Of a stretch of 64,000 nt of DNA, positions 14,397 to 28,570 are shown piece by piece (within the stretch, counting starts at the first letter, position 1; each line of letters begins with the position of its first letter). The stretch comes from Eledone cirrhosa. Taxonomy: Eukaryota. A program made the translations under genes and the position numbers. The notes beneath the pieces were generated by a model. That model searched no databases, was not told the origin of the DNA, and was given only the letters and a program-made list of their open reading frames with translations. Location: contig OZ024740.1 in assembly GCA_964016885.1 (NCBI GenBank), forward strand, positions 120,900,001 through 120,964,000. The letters are read 5' to 3'.

Positions 14397-17280
14397 ATGC
14401 AGAATCTTTGGAATGTTTTACATTTTCTTTTAACTGTCCCATTAATGGATTGTACTTTTAATTTGTTAACTAGTCATGTTCTTTCTGTTTCTGTGAAGCC
14501 CGGCTTCTTACGATTTGTACTGAGGCAGTTACTAACATATCCTAGTGCCCTCCAAATCACAGGCATAAATTTGAAGTTAGTCAGGGAGGAGTATCTGTAG
14601 ATTTTTCATTAGTTCTGCATAGATATACCCCTTTTCGCTAATCTTTAATATTATATTGGCATCTGATGGGCAGCTGACATCTACTACTGTGCATGCCTTC
14701 TTTTCCCTGTCCCATATCATTATATCTGGTCTGTTATGCTTGAATTTTATTGGAGTTTTTACTGGAACTTTCCACCAATACACTTTCATATAATGTATAT
14801 GTATGTCTTCCACATTGCTGTAGCGTTTAATGTGTTTATTGTCGGGGCTATGTTTTCTACAGATTGCATTGTACAGTGTTTTGGCCACTACATCATGTCT
14901 CGTATGTAGACCGACATGACATCTTTGGACAGCTGGTTATGACATGGGTGACATCTTGGGTGTGAATTCTGCACTTGTTTCCCATCTAGGTCTTTTGCCT
15001 TCATCCCTATTTCTTTTGTGAATCAGGTATTTTGTGCTGATTTCCTGTTCTAGGATTTCAAAAGCATATCTTTCAAAGTGGGAGCCAATGCAGCGGTTGT
15101 TGGTCCAAGATATACTACTTTGCTTATCTATATTACTCACGGCAACATATCCATGCATGATCTTTTGCTGATAAGCATGCAGTATTCCATGGATTAACTG
15201 CGGTACTGCTGAGAAATTTTCCTCGGTATGAGTTTTTGATTATCATGCAGGGAATATCTTTCAAGGAGTTCCTTCCCAACTCATATGATCTTATCTGTCT
15301 CATGCAGATAGACTTGCTCAATAGATGGGCTCCTACGCTTCAAGGTTCGTAAATATTGTCGAAGGGATATGATGCGACGCTCAAATGCTGTCTGGACTGA
15401 TGTTAGGCCTCTGCATCCCTGCTTATGTTTCAAGTAGAGGCGGTCTATGTCACGATTGATGTGGAAGATTCCGGTTTTGTTCAGAATATTTCGAGTTTTA
15501 ACATCAATTGCTCGGATTCGTCTATTGTCCAATCGAATATTCCAAAACGTTGGTGTTAGAACAGGCACAGCAAACACATTGTGGACCATTGTGCGCAGAA
15601 TGTTCCGATGACCATATTTTTCTTAATCAGGTGTGATTACCCGTTCCTTATTACAATTACCATTATAGGATATATTCTCATCTATCCCCGGGTACGTGTA
15701 GCAGTCATCGTCAGATATCGGTGTAACAGTTAGACCATTGATAAAAATGTTGCTAGATTGGGTTGCAGTTTATCCCCGTTTTAGAATCATATATCAACAT
15801 TTATCTTGGCCAAACTCCATTCCTATTTAAGATTCTTCTTCATCCCATCTATGTTCTTGACATACAGTTTCAGGTCATCCACAAAGAAATTATGGGTTAA
15901 GTTCGTATATCTGTCATCCTGTGAGCCAATGATGTATCCTTCACATTTCTCGAGCAGAAAGGACAAGGGGCTTAATGACTGGATAAATAGTAACACTGAG
16001 AGCCTGTCACCTTGAAACATGCCTCTGCGATATATTCTACTTTATCAGTGAAAATAGAGACCTCCTTCTCTGTTTTTAACTTTGAGATAGTAGCCCAAGA
16101 AGAAGACAGCTTATGTATGGCTGTGGTAATAATGTCTCAGATTTTAGCAAGTCGGAAAGCCTCTATCATCCATGAGTGGGGAACAGAATCAAAAGCTTTT
16201 CTGTAGTCCATCCAGACTGTAACCATATTCCTCCTAAGTGTTCGCACCTCCGACATCGCAGTTTTGTTAATTAGGAGTTGTTCAGCATACCCCAAACAAC
16301 TTTCTTTTCAGCTGCTTTTTTATCCGTGATGATGTCATTATTGTTGCAGTGATCTTAGTGAAATAGGTTCAAGCAGGCTGTATACATCTTATACATCAGG
16401 TTCTGGCATGCAAGTTGTCGGTAGCTTTCTGCCAAGTGGCTGTCTTTGGGACCAGTATTGTTTGTGCTAATGCCAACCATTCTGGTATATATCTATCTCT
16501 CTTGAGAACTTGTTGGTAGAGGTCGATAAGATACATGAGATAGAACATCAGTTTTTTGTACCAGTAACCGACAATTATGTCGCTTCCTGGTGTTTTCTTA
16601 TCTTCGAGTTTTCCTATCACAGTCTCAAGGGTATCCTAATTTATTACGTATATTTTTGTGGTAGTGCAGGAGGAATAGTTCTTTTTTATTTCTTTTAGCC
16701 ACATTACATCTTGGTTGATATTCTTCTTTCCACCACATATTTTTCTCCAGAAGAAATCTATGTCTTTCTGGGAAGGGGCATCAGTGACATTTATCACTTT
16801 GCCCTTCATATCTCTATAGATTGGTGTTTGGTTTCGTCTGAATCTTTTATGAAGTACTTTTCTTTCATCTACCCTCTTCAGGAACTGGCGTTTCTCGCTG
16901 ACAGCACTCAATTCTTGTTTGAGGGTGATGAGCTTATATTGAAGAGTTTTGGTTCTACTGTCACCAAACATCGTTTTTATTTTATTTTTCACTCTTTGTT
17001 GGTGTGGGATGAAGTATTTTTTGTTTTTGTTTGCATGTATGTTTGTTTTTGGTTTTCGTAGGTCAGCAATATGTTTTTCTATTTTAGTTATATGCGATGG
17101 CATTTTTTGTGGTGTTTTGTTCTTGTTAATGTATCTGCTTTCACCAAGACAATGCTTCACTGTTGTTGCTAGGGCATATAAACAGGCGTTGATTTGCCAA
17201 AATGTCGGGATTTTAATCCGTCGTAAATATTCATCACTTATTTCGTCAATAGAACGTAAGATTTCCTTATTTGGTTTTAT
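14397..17280 (-). mobile_element. Decayed Dong/R4-like non-LTR retrotransposon (RT + CCHC + restriction-like endonuclease)
   Basis: KTPGSD, KAFDSVPH, FQGD.LS.LLF, FVDDLKLY, DIDRLY, RHDVVAK and HNRPDI..WD..KK..VVDVSCP; multiple frameshifts. Confidence 0.88.
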
Positions 17281-17589
17281 TTGTATGTTTTATTTATGTA
17301 TGTATGCATGAATGTATTTATGTATGTGTGTAGGTTTGTATGTTTTATGCATGTATGTATGTATGTATGTATGTATGTATGTAGCCAGGCTTTATGAGTA
17401 AAAGTCATTTTTTCTTGTGTTACAATTCCTAACTACGTTAGTATGCATGGATATGTATATAAAAAGGCATATATATAAGTGTACAACATCCTCAAATCAT
17501 TATTGAAATAAATACGAATTTGTGTCGATTCGGCGTATTAGTAAACTGTCAAAATATATCCTTGCTTAGGTAACACGATACAATGCGCA

Positions 17590-17678
17590 ATACTACTACT
17601 ACTACAACAACTACTACAACAACTACTACTACTACTACTACTATTACTACTACTACTACTACTACTACAACAACAACA

Positions 17679-17743
<65 letters not shown>
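17590..17743. repeat. (ACT)n/(ACA)n microsatellite
   Basis: Directly visible. Confidence 0.95.
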
Positions 17744-17939
17744 CGCCACACCAAGATACGCCGCGCTTAGCCTGCTACCTGCAAACATACCTACGCAATA
17801 CATAACATTCACGTATACATACGCTCATTAATGTTATATATATTTGTATATATTTGTGCAAATATGTTTCTCTCTGTCACCTCTTTTTCTCCATATGTTT
17901 CTGTGTGTAAATGTATGTACACTCTCACCAACACACATA

Positions 17940-18008
<69 letters not shown>

Positions 18009-18461
18009 GAATAAACAAGAGAGATGAACACTAATATAAACATACATGTGTTCGAATCGTAAGGACCAAAATTTGCTACGGTGAAAAACTACTACCTACA
18101 GCAATATAGTTTGTTATCCTTAAATTTAAATATTAAATTAAGAAAAATTAAGAAAAATAACAGACCTATATTGCGCAAAAAGGCCTGGTAACAACTAGAC
18201 AGTGTTGGAGACTGTATCACAACGACTTATTAAGTGAAGTTCTCACGTTCTCTGCTCCTCAGTAGTTGATGAGAAATTAGTGATCCTTTCACTTCTAAAA
18301 ATGTTAGAGAATGAATTGTGTACGATATGAATTTTCGCACGTGTCATTCAGCACCAGCTTGTCTCCAAATTCCCTGCCGCTAAAAATAGTAGCCACATAT
18401 ATATATATATATATATATGTAGAGGTTATATTTAATTTGTTGGGTAAACTAACCTATATTA

Positions 18462-18527
18462 TATTTTATCTGATGAAAGCGCACCATAATTTGCCTTGGT
18501 GGACGTTGAAATATGTATAATGAAATA
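18462..18527 (+). ncRNA. Type I minimal hammerhead motif in a ~150-bp island between (TA)n tracts
   Basis: TATTTTAT CTGATGA aAGCG-CACCA..TGGTG-gaCGTT GAAA T ATGT A TA ATGAAATA; 8-bp stem I. Confidence 0.8.
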
Positions 18528-18569
18528 AATATAGTTTTATAAATATAGTTTCCATTTGTTAATATATTG

Positions 18570-18602
<33 letters not shown>

Positions 18603-19298
18603 TTATATATATATATATATACACACATATATATATATATATGAATATATTTTGTGGGGGTTGTATATGTAGATACATATATAGGTCGATCAATTGTTCG
18701 AAAGATTAAAAGAGACACATGCATTCAGTTTAATATGTCCTAATCTTTAAAAAAAAACCCTATTTTTACTTCCCGTCTCTCTGTCCATCTCATGCTCTCT
18801 CGTTCTTTCTTCGTCTCCTTGTAATCCTTAGCCGAATCTCATATCTATTTATAAACGTAGTTACCTCACTGGTTCTGTACTCTCATTTACAATATCTCTC
18901 CTCTTCCTCTCTCTCTCTCTCTCTCATACACTCCCTCATACTATCTCCTTTATCTTGCTTCCTATCTAAGTTAATTTCTATCTTAAAATTATTAAGTCTT
19001 TCGGAATTATTCAATAAGCAAACAATTCGAGTGACAGATAGGGAGAAGTTCTACAAACTGTATGAGAACCAGATAGATTAAATTATCTATAATTTTACTC
19101 ATGAATTTCGATCGATCAATCGATTAGAAGTAAAATAGGATAAAGAAGACATATTTATCAATATATTGATTTGCAAATTGCTAAATTAGAAGTTTCAGTA
19201 AATATATTTGTATTGAATATAAATTTCCATTGTCCATTATTCTCATCTCATCGATTTTTTTTATTCTAACAGAGAGAAGAACGATATATAAATGGAGT

Positions 19299-19299
<1 letters not shown>

Positions 19300-19330
<31 letters not shown>

Positions 19331-19510
19331 TGTATGTATGTATGTATGTATGTATATATGTATGCATGCATGCATGTATGTATGTATGTATGTATGTATG
19401 TATGTATGTATGTATGCATTTATGTATGTATGCATGCATGCATATATATGCATACATGTATGTCTGTATGCCATGTATGTATGTTTGTGTGAATGCATGC
19501 ATGTATGTAT
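19300..19510. repeat. (TATG)n microsatellite
   Basis: Directly visible. Confidence 0.95.
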
Positions 19511-19624
19511 ATATATTTATTTATATATATATATAACTTTATAATTGCCATTTTATTTGAGACCATGAAAAGTTCACTAAAGCCACTTACTACTTACCAC
19601 TGCTTTAATGTTTAAACTACAAAG

Positions 19625-20830
19625 TGTTTAACTGGCAAAATATTTTGGAAAATTGTGAAATTATCCCAATTTTCAAAAAGGGCGACAAGTGAGATTATTC
19701 CAAGTGTCTCCGGTAAAATTTAAGGCTAAGTGTCTGGCCAAGTGATACAGGGAGATTGTCGTGTCCAAAGTAACTGATGAACAGTGCGATGTTCGCTCCG
19801 TACGCAGCACAGCCGATCAAATATTCACACACCGTTAGGTCTTCGAGAATTCGTAGGATTATTGCCAATAGGTATATTCTTGTTTTGTAGACCCCCTAAA
19901 TAGCATATGATCGCGTCCCTCGGGAACTGCAGGAAGGTTCTGCAGGATCGATGGTCAGCTTCTTGCTGCCCTGATGTCTCTATACGAATACCCTCGTATT
20001 TGTCTTCAGATAAATGGGGCTAAATCGAAACCATTCAATGTGGGAGTCGGACTCCACCAAAGGTGAGTACTGCCACTTCCCCTGTTCATTATTTTCATGA
20101 ACAAGCTTGACATACGAAGCCTGGCTGGAAGTCTCAGGTGACTTCCAGGTGTAAGATCAGACGGCGAGAATGTGCAAGCGTTATATTGTTACTTAACTCG
20201 AAAGAAAGTGATCTTTGACTGGCGCATGTTAGGTTTGAAGCAGAGTGCTGCATGACTGGAATGAAAACCAGTCTCAAGGAAGTCTGCGTAGTGCACTCTA
20301 CATGTAAATGGAGAACCACTGAAGCAAGCGGAGAAGGTCAAGTATCTTGCGGTCAGGTTTACATGTAATGGAAGTCTGAATTAAATGCAAAAATCATAAG
20401 TGCTTACGCAGGAATGCGCCAGCTTCAGCGTACGTTGATCAGAAGAAGGGAGGTAGGTGTACAATCCAAATTCGCTGTCTTCTATTCGGTATTCGTGCCA
20501 ACCCTGTCTTACGGTCAAGAATCTTGGGTAATGACGGCACTAATCTGATCGCGAATACAAGCTGCCGAAATGGGGTTCTTCTGAATTTTTTTTTAGTAAC
20601 GTTACTCGATATATTTCATAGCTTGGGGATCAGGGTATTACTCCGGTAGAGTCGCTACCTCTCCGAATTGAGAGATCACAGCTCCAATACTATGAGCATG
20701 TGGCTAGAACGTCTCAGAAAAGAATTGCTGGACATATTTTACGTGCAAAACCAACCGGCATATGTTTACTGCGAGCATGAGTTTGGTGATCCGGCCAGAG
20801 TACTTGGATGCGGTTGCTTCTGACAGCCGA
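19625..20830 (+). mobile_element. RTE-like LINE RT fragment, heavily decayed
   Basis: Remnants IIPIFKKGD, DEQC..RSTADQIF, CFVD..AYDRVPRE, KYLAV and PTLSYGQESWVMT..RIQAAEMGF. Confidence 0.8.
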
Positions 20831-20964
20831 CTGATTTTATAACAAAAAACTGATCTTCGATCCCATACTCCAGCTGAACCGTCCTTAGCAGGTCCTAAGG
20901 AACGTGGTCATGTGCCTTTTCGAGGTCTACAAAGGAAGAAAATTACTATTAACATACTTTCTGA

Positions 20965-21600
20965 GGGCAGTGGATTGGTAGTAATGCATGACAACTTTGC
21001 TATTCAACTTTTCTAGATCGATAAAATAATGTACCACTTAATTACTAGGTCAATAAATTCGACTATTTCATTTCCCCAAATCGCTTGACTTGTGCTAAGG
21101 TTAAAAAAGGAATTATTATCTTAAACGATGGTGAGCTGGCAGTATTTCTAGAGCGTCAACAGAAAGTTTGGCAGCATTTGATAAACAACTTTCTAATTTC
21201 TGAGTTCAAATCATGCCGATGTCAAATTCGCTTTTCATACTTCAGAGGATGATAAAACAAATATCATTTAAGTACTGGGGTCGATATAATCGACATTCAC
21301 CTTCCACACAAATTGTTGGCCTTGTGTCTAGATCAGAAACCATTATCAACATTGAGTTCAAGTCCTGCTGAGGTCATGGCTGTAGATTAGCTGTATGAGT
21401 AGAGCGTCAGACACCCTACTTGGCGGCAGAGAGTTATGGCTCTTTACATTCTGAGTTCAAATCCCACCGAGATAAGCTTTGCTTTTCATCCCTACGGGGT
21501 CGATAAAATAACGTATCAATAACGCACAGGGGCCGATTTAATCAACTTTTACCTCTCACAAAATTGCCGGCCTTGTGCCTACAGTAGAAATTATTATTAT
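20965..21600 (+). mobile_element. Three tandem SINE copies ending in (ATT)n
   Basis: Repeated ctgagttcaaat..gcttttcat..gataaaa..ggtcgat..ggccttgtg..agaaa units. Confidence 0.75.
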
Positions 21601-21603
21601 TAT

Positions 21604-21655
<52 letters not shown>

Positions 21656-21659
21656 GATC

Positions 21660-24600
21660 TGTTCGGACGTCCTTTTTGCTCGCTTCCACTATGTCGCTTT
21701 ATGTACCTGTTATAATTATTTGTTGTTAAATTTTTCTTGTGTTAGGGATATAAGCCCTTGGACTTTGCCCTGTGAAGGGGAAAGTATCATATTTGAACAA
21801 TATTTCAACATTTTACTTTAAAAAAAAAACAAAAAAAAAACATGGCTGAGCCACGCACCCAAGCAATATGTCTGCTGTCGTGTGACAACAGCGTAAAAGA
21901 TGATAGGATGGTTAGTGAAATTCATACAACAGACACCACCACAAACAACGTGAACAAAGACAACAACACCGAGAACACTAATTTTGAAAGAATTACCACA
22001 CCAACTACAACGATAACAGTGTCAACCAAAATAAAGACAACAGAAAAGAATGACAACAAATGCAACAACTATATTAACACCACTAACAAGAAAATAAACA
22101 ACGACACCACCAACAGCAACAATACACATTGCACCGGAAATAACAACAACGGTGGCACCAAAAACACAACCAACTACAACAGTGATAACAGTAACAACAC
22201 CAACAACACCGTTTGTAGCAGTAGCAACAGCAACAGCACAAACAAAAAATCCAGTAGCAGCAGTAGCGGCAGCAATAATGGTGCCGCTGAAAAAGGGGCC
22301 GCTTCTTCCGCAGGCCTGACTCGAAATATAGAGACAGTGCTAGTCACAGAGGAGGAGATGGTAGTCGCAAGAGCCATGGTCACTAGAAATGAAAATAGAG
22401 CTGCGCACGGTGATTTACCGCACCGTAAGCAAAATGTCACAAAATGTCACAAAATTACACCAACAGTTGCAGTAGATACACCGGCGGCAAAATCGCCGTA
22501 GCAGGCTTCAGTGTCACCACCAACAGCAGTAGAGCTCATGCCCCTCCCAGACGCTATGGAATCTGACATGGAGTATCAGACGGGAGGGAAGTGGCAAACG
22601 GTCTTCCACAAAAAAACAAAAACGGAAAAACCCCTTAACCTCACCCTCCAAAAGCGAAGGCAGAAAAAGAGGGGTAAAGGCTGCAAAGAGACTTGCAGCA
22701 ACACCACCATGGTCACCATCACCACCACAAGCATCACCATCAACAACAACCACACCACCACCAGCATCACCAAAAACACCAATATCGCAAACACACAAAA
22801 CACACACCCAACAGCAACAATAAAAAAACAGCAACAAAATCACCCCTCCCCCAAACAGTCATAAACATGGCAAATAAAGAACTCTTACAACATATAAAGC
22901 AGCACACAGACACCACAGAAAAAAACTACTACATCCCACCAACAACAAGAACTCTTCCGACAAACATAAGCAGCATTGAAATCAAAATAGAACACTACAA
23001 ACATTTAAAACAAATATTCCCCAACGCAGTTGGATACTTCAAAGGGTCGGTTACCAAGAGGATATACACGGCATCCTCTTGGAAACACCCATGACCAGCC
23101 AAAGGGACGGTTCTACTTTCCCTTCATCACACGATCAAGGTAAGTGATCCTTTGTCATTTACCCCGTTTTTCATCCAACATGGCCGTACTTAGAATAGGC
23201 AGTATATATGTACGTTGCGTGGGGTCATCTTGGAAGCAGGATCACCTGCTCAACGACCTCATGTCACTAAACATAGATGTGGGGGCCATCAGCGAGACCA
23301 GAATCTCCGAAGCACAAGCCTTCGCACCGATCTTCGGCAGCTAAGATGTGTACGCATCTCCCAACCGTCCAGGATCGGGGGGAGGGGTTGCCATGCTTTT
23401 TCAGAGAGGCTTGGATCTCGCCATACGGGCCATCTTCCTGGACCCAGAAGGTAAGTCGGTGGTGCTGGATGTGACCGGCACCGAAGGCAATGCTTTCAGG
23501 CTAGTAGCCGTCTACGCCCCAACAGAGGCAGGACGGCCATATTTCTTCAGGCGTCTAGAGATATTTCTTGGAACGTCCAGCTCTTTAGTGTTAGTGGGCG
23601 ACTGGAACGGTATCTTAGATGCACGCTGGGATTATGTGGGACTAGTAGACAGGGCAGGAGGGTGTAAAAGCCTCAACAACATGTTCAGACGTTTTGAACT
23701 GTCTGACGGGTATAGACTGGATTATCCGAATGTGCCAATGTGGACATGAGCAAACCGCATCGGGTCATCCAGATCGTATTTAGATAGGGTATTCTGTAGG
23801 GAAACAAATAAGGATAGTATTGGTTGTCCACAATTTAAAGTAGTCGACTACATGGACCACACACTTTTGATCTGTGAAGTTGACTTAGATAGACTCCATA
23901 GGCGAGTGCCCGCTACTTGAACCGGAACGCGTCGTACCCGGCGCGCAAAGCTTACAGAGACCGGATTAGCGAATTAGTTAAGCGTGCGTTGATGGGTGCG
24001 ATCGTCAACAACAGGTGGTAGTTTACCTTGAAAAGGGCTATTAGAGTAGAATCGATAAGGTTTAGCAAAGGAGTAGTGATAGAGAAAATAGAGTAGAGGG
24101 AGAGTTAGTTAGAAAGCTAGAAGAGGCGTTTCGGAGAGGCATCGCAACCGACATGCTTGCGGCGAGATTGGCACTCGACCAATTCTTCAACGCAAAGCAT
24201 GAAGGCTGCGTTGTCTGAGCTAGAGCACTTGCTCTAAGACACGAGGGGACGAAAGCCGTTCAATGGGCCCGGGTGGTGGAGCCGCGACATGGCACAAGTC
24301 CACAATTCGGTCTTTGCCTGATCAAAACGGGCGCATGTTTCTCGAACCCGAGCAGATGTGTGCGGCTTTTCAACAGCAATTTGCTCAATTATTCGGGAGC
24401 GGCAGCGGGCGAGATCGGAGTGTGGACTTCAGTGTATACCTCGACAGACTGCCGTGGCTCTCGAAGACCGCAGCTCAGTGCTTCGAAGAGTGTATAACAG
24501 CAGATGAAACACGGGAAGCGATGTCTGACTGCACGAGGGGTAAATCGTCAGGTTTGGATGGTCTGCCCTACGAGCTTTATGCGTATATCCCACACTTGTT

Positions 24601-26790
24601 CGGCGACCTCTTGGCGGATATCTACTGTAACTGGCAGCAGACGGGAGAATTCCCAGTTTTATAAGCCGGGGAGCGGTGGCACTGCTGAGTAAGGACCCGA
24701 ACAAGGGGGACGTTATAGACAGCTTCAGGCCATTAATTCTGCTAAACGCAGAATTTAAGATTTTGGCCAAAGAGATTGGTGCTTGTCGTCAGTGATCTGG
24801 TGGGAGATGCGCAGACATGCATTATTCTGGACAGATCCATCCACGACAACCTCCATCTCATGCGTTACATCATAGAGAGGTTGCTTAAGGAACCTGGCAC
24901 AGGTGGGGTCCTGATCAACTTGGATCAATCTAAAGCATTTGATAGGGTCGACCATCGGTACCTGGCTGCGGTCCTCGAGTCGGCCGGCATCGGCCTCGTT
25001 TCTAGAGGCTGGATCGCTGCGATGCACAACGACATCTGCTCTATTTTAAGGGTGTCGCAGCCGTTCAGCATCATGCGCTCGGTCCGCCAAGGTTGCCCCC
25101 TCTCGTCCCTCTTGTACGTACTGGCCCTCGAGCCGTTACTGCACAAATTGGAGACGATGAGGGGGTCCCACGCGAACTGGGATGCGAGAAATAAGTGTCA
25201 GCTTACGCCGACGGCGTCACTCTGGTGGTGTCGAGCACCAAACACGTCCAGATGCTCGGCACCGCTATCAAGGAATACGAAGCGGTGACAGGAGCAAAGA
25301 TAAACAGGAAAAGTCGGTGGCTTTGCAACTCGGCACCTGGAGAGGCAACTCATGCCGTCCGACAGCGTCATGGGGCGCTGGACGGAAGGACCGGTTAAAT
25401 TGCTCGGGGTCTGGTTCGGTCCGGATCTCCAGATGGAGAAAACCTGGAGGAACTGTCTCTGAAAAGTCGGGCGGGGGTGGCGAATGCGTACACAGCGTCC
25501 GTCAACTGCTATCGCTTCACCGTCGTACCATGACCCCGCCCAAATTTGACCAAAATGGTGCGCCTTCTCTTCCGATTTTTGTAAAAGGGACGTGCTCCCA
25601 TGGTCAAACGATCCATTTGCTGACAAGACCCGTTGCGTGGAGAACTAGGCATGCTGTGGCTGATGATGCGCAAACATGCCCTGAGGCTGTGACATCTCTG
25701 GTGCTTCCTTGAAGGTGAACAGGTGTGGACGCTGTTTGCCAGACGCGCTTTTCCCCAACTCGTCTCCTTCACGGAGCTGTAGTCCTGGATCAGGAAAAAA
25801 CCGAGGGATGGAGCTTGGAAGCTGGAATGTCTTCAAGCGCTAATCGACCTCTACCAGCTGGGCACTAGTAACGGTGGAAAATCAACTTCGGCGTTCTATA
25901 GAGGGCTAGTGGAGGAAAAGAGCGACGACGTTTTCGGGGAGGCCCTGGGCGTCGAAGACGATCAGCTGTTCGCTCTCTTCAAGAGAACTTTCAGACCGGG
26001 GACTATGGACATCTTCCAGAAATCCCTGGCCTGGCAGTGCTACTAGGGAGCGTTGCCGGTTTGGGATATGCTCTACAGACACGGAGGTGCTGTCAGCCGA
26101 GCTTGTCCGAGATGCATGCAGGGCGACGAAACCGTCCAGCACGCACTCGTTCAGTGCCCGAGGATTGCTGATTTATGGAGCTATGTAGAACAGCTGTTGT
26201 CGCGTGTAGGACGGATCGGGTTATCGACTGAGTCCATTGTGCAGATAGACCCGCCATCCTCCTTTAAGGAGGAGGAAGGGCAGGCAGTTTACATCTGCTT
26301 GGTGGCCATGGCGAAAGAGATTGTGTGGTGGACAAGGTTGAAAGGGTGGAAGACGGACACTTTCCCATTCGGTCAATCCCTGATTAACTTTTTCAAGTTT
26401 CACTTGAAGAAGAAAATCAGGGTGGAGAGGCAAGTGCCGTCTCCTAGTAAGTTTGTTGAAAGGTGGGCGAAAGTGGCGAGACTGGTCCGAGTGAACGGGT
26501 CGGCTCTGAGTATGCGCCTGTAGACTGAAGAGTGGGAAAACTGAGAGAGGGCGCTTGCCTTGGTGATCAGGGTGGCCGTGGTCATTTTTGTGTGGTTTTC
26601 GCCACGAGTGACCCTCGGAGGTTTCCTCCTTTTGGGGAATTTTTTGTTGTTTGAATCTGTTTTGATTTCTATCCCGATTTCTATCTTGTTATAACCTATT
26701 AACACGACCAAAACCCACTTGGTATCGTCCTGTAGATTTCTGTGCCGCCTGTAATGTTTTTCTTCGTGTTAGCTCTTGTGGCCAATAAAG
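21660..26790 (+). mobile_element. Near full-length, decayed Tx1/L1-like LINE (low-complexity ORF1; APE-RT-zinc-finger ORF2)
   Basis: APE: ISETR, VYAP, VGDWN, YLDR; RT: GLDGLPYE, LLNAEFKILAK, LDQSKAFDRVDH, SVRQGCPLS, AYADG; C-terminal CPRC..ETVQHALVQC; AATAAA at about 26783; many stops. Confidence 0.9.
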
Positions 26791-26793
26791 AAA

Positions 26794-28291
26794 CCATCGG
26801 CACTACACTAAGAGAATACGAAGCGGTGACAGGAGCAATGATCAACCAGAAATAGTCAGTGGGCTTGCAGCTCGGCACCTGGAGAGGCAGGTCCATGCCG
26901 TCCAACAGCGTCGTCGGGCGCTGGACGGACGGACCTGTTAAATTGCTCGGGGTCTGGTTCGGTCCGGATCTCCAGACGGACAAAAACTGGGACGAGGTGA
27001 CGAGCAGGGTGGCTTCTCTCACCCAGAAATGGGCTGAGAGGAAGCTATCCCTGAAAGGTCGAGCGGAGGTGGCTAACGCGTATATCGCGTCCGTCATCTA
27101 CTTCCGCCTGACCGTCGTACCTTGTCCTAAGCCCCGCCTAACTGCGCTGGAGCGTTTGCACTTTCGCTTTTTGTGGAAGGGACGCGCTCCGACGGTCAGG
27201 CGGTCCATCTGCTGTCAACACCCGCTACGTGGAGGGCTGGGCATGCCGTGACTGATGATGCGCAGACACGCGCACCGGCTACGACATCTCCACCTCTTCC
27301 TCGAGGGTGATCAGGTTTGGTCTCCGTTTGCTAGACGCGTCTTTCCTCAGCTCGTCTCCTTGACGGAGCTGCTGTCCTGGGTCAAGCGAAGACCGAGAGG
27401 GATCGCTTGGAGACTGGAATGTCTTCAGGCGCTCACAGCCCTCGACCAATCGGGCAATGTGATCGGTGGAAACTCCACCTTGGCGTTCTATAGAGGATTA
27501 TTTGAGGGGAAGAGCGACGACGTACTTGGGGAAACTCTAGGCGTCGACGAAAATCAACTAGCCAATCTCTTCGGGAGAACTTTCGGGCCGGGGCCTATGG
27601 ATAACTTCCAGAAATCCCTGACCTGGCAGTGCTACCGAGGAGCTTTGCCAGTTCGGGATACACTCTACAGGCATGGAGGTGCCATCAGCTGGGCATGGCC
27701 GAGCTGCGCACAGGGCGACGAAACCGTCCTGCATGCACTCGTCCAGTGTCCGAGCATTGCTGACTTGTGGGTTTATGTCGAACACCTGCTGTCGCGTGTG
27801 GGACGGATCCAGCTATCAGCTGAGTCCATTGTGAGGTTTTTATCTATCTCGTGGCCAGATAGATAGTATGGTGGACACGTTTGAAAGGGCTGATGCCCTG
27901 ATTAACTTTTTCAAATTTCATATGAAAAGGAAAATCAGGGTAGAAAGGGAAGTGCTCTCTTCCCAGCATTTTGTTGAAAGATGGGTGAGAGAGGCAAGCA
28001 TGGCCCGAGTGAATGGGCCTACTCTGAGTATGTGTCTGTAAATTAAAGGTGGAAAACTGGGAGAGGGCACTTGCCCTGGTGGTCAGGGTCACTGTGGCTT
28101 TTTAATGGGCTTTCTCCACGAATGTCCCTCGGAAGTCTCCACCCCTATTGGGGAATTTTTTCATTGTTCTATTATTACATCCTCTGTTTCTTGTTTTTTA
28201 CACGCAGAAATGCCCATTTGTTCCGCCCTGTATTGTCCTGTACTGTCCTTAATGTCTACTTTATGTAAACCCTTGTGGTTAATAAAGAAAG

Positions 28292-28292
<1 letters not shown>
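26794..28292 (+). mobile_element. Second, 5'-truncated Tx1/L1-like copy (related subfamily)
   Basis: Collinear with about 25255-26790 (LGVWFGPD, LSLKGRAEVAN, FLWKG, GGLGMP, ETVLHALVQC); ends aataaagaaagc then (ATT)n. Confidence 0.9.
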
Positions 28293-28339
<47 letters not shown>

Positions 28340-28346
28340 CATCATA

Positions 28347-28570
28347 CGGGCGCGGATTGGCAGTATCGGTAGTGAGTCGGACACCATGCTTTGCAGCATA
28401 AAGTTACTGTTCTTTATAGTCTTAGTTCAAATCCCGCCGAGGTTAACTTTGGCTTTCATCCTTACGGGGTCGATAACATAATGCACCAGTAACGTACTGG
28501 GGTCGATTTAATCGACTTTTCCCTCCCCCAAATTACTGGCCTTGTGCCTATACTAGAAATGATTATTATT
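28347..28570 (+). mobile_element. SINE
   Basis: Well-preserved core agttcaaatcccgccgaggttaactttggctttcatccttacggggtcgataa. Confidence 0.78.
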
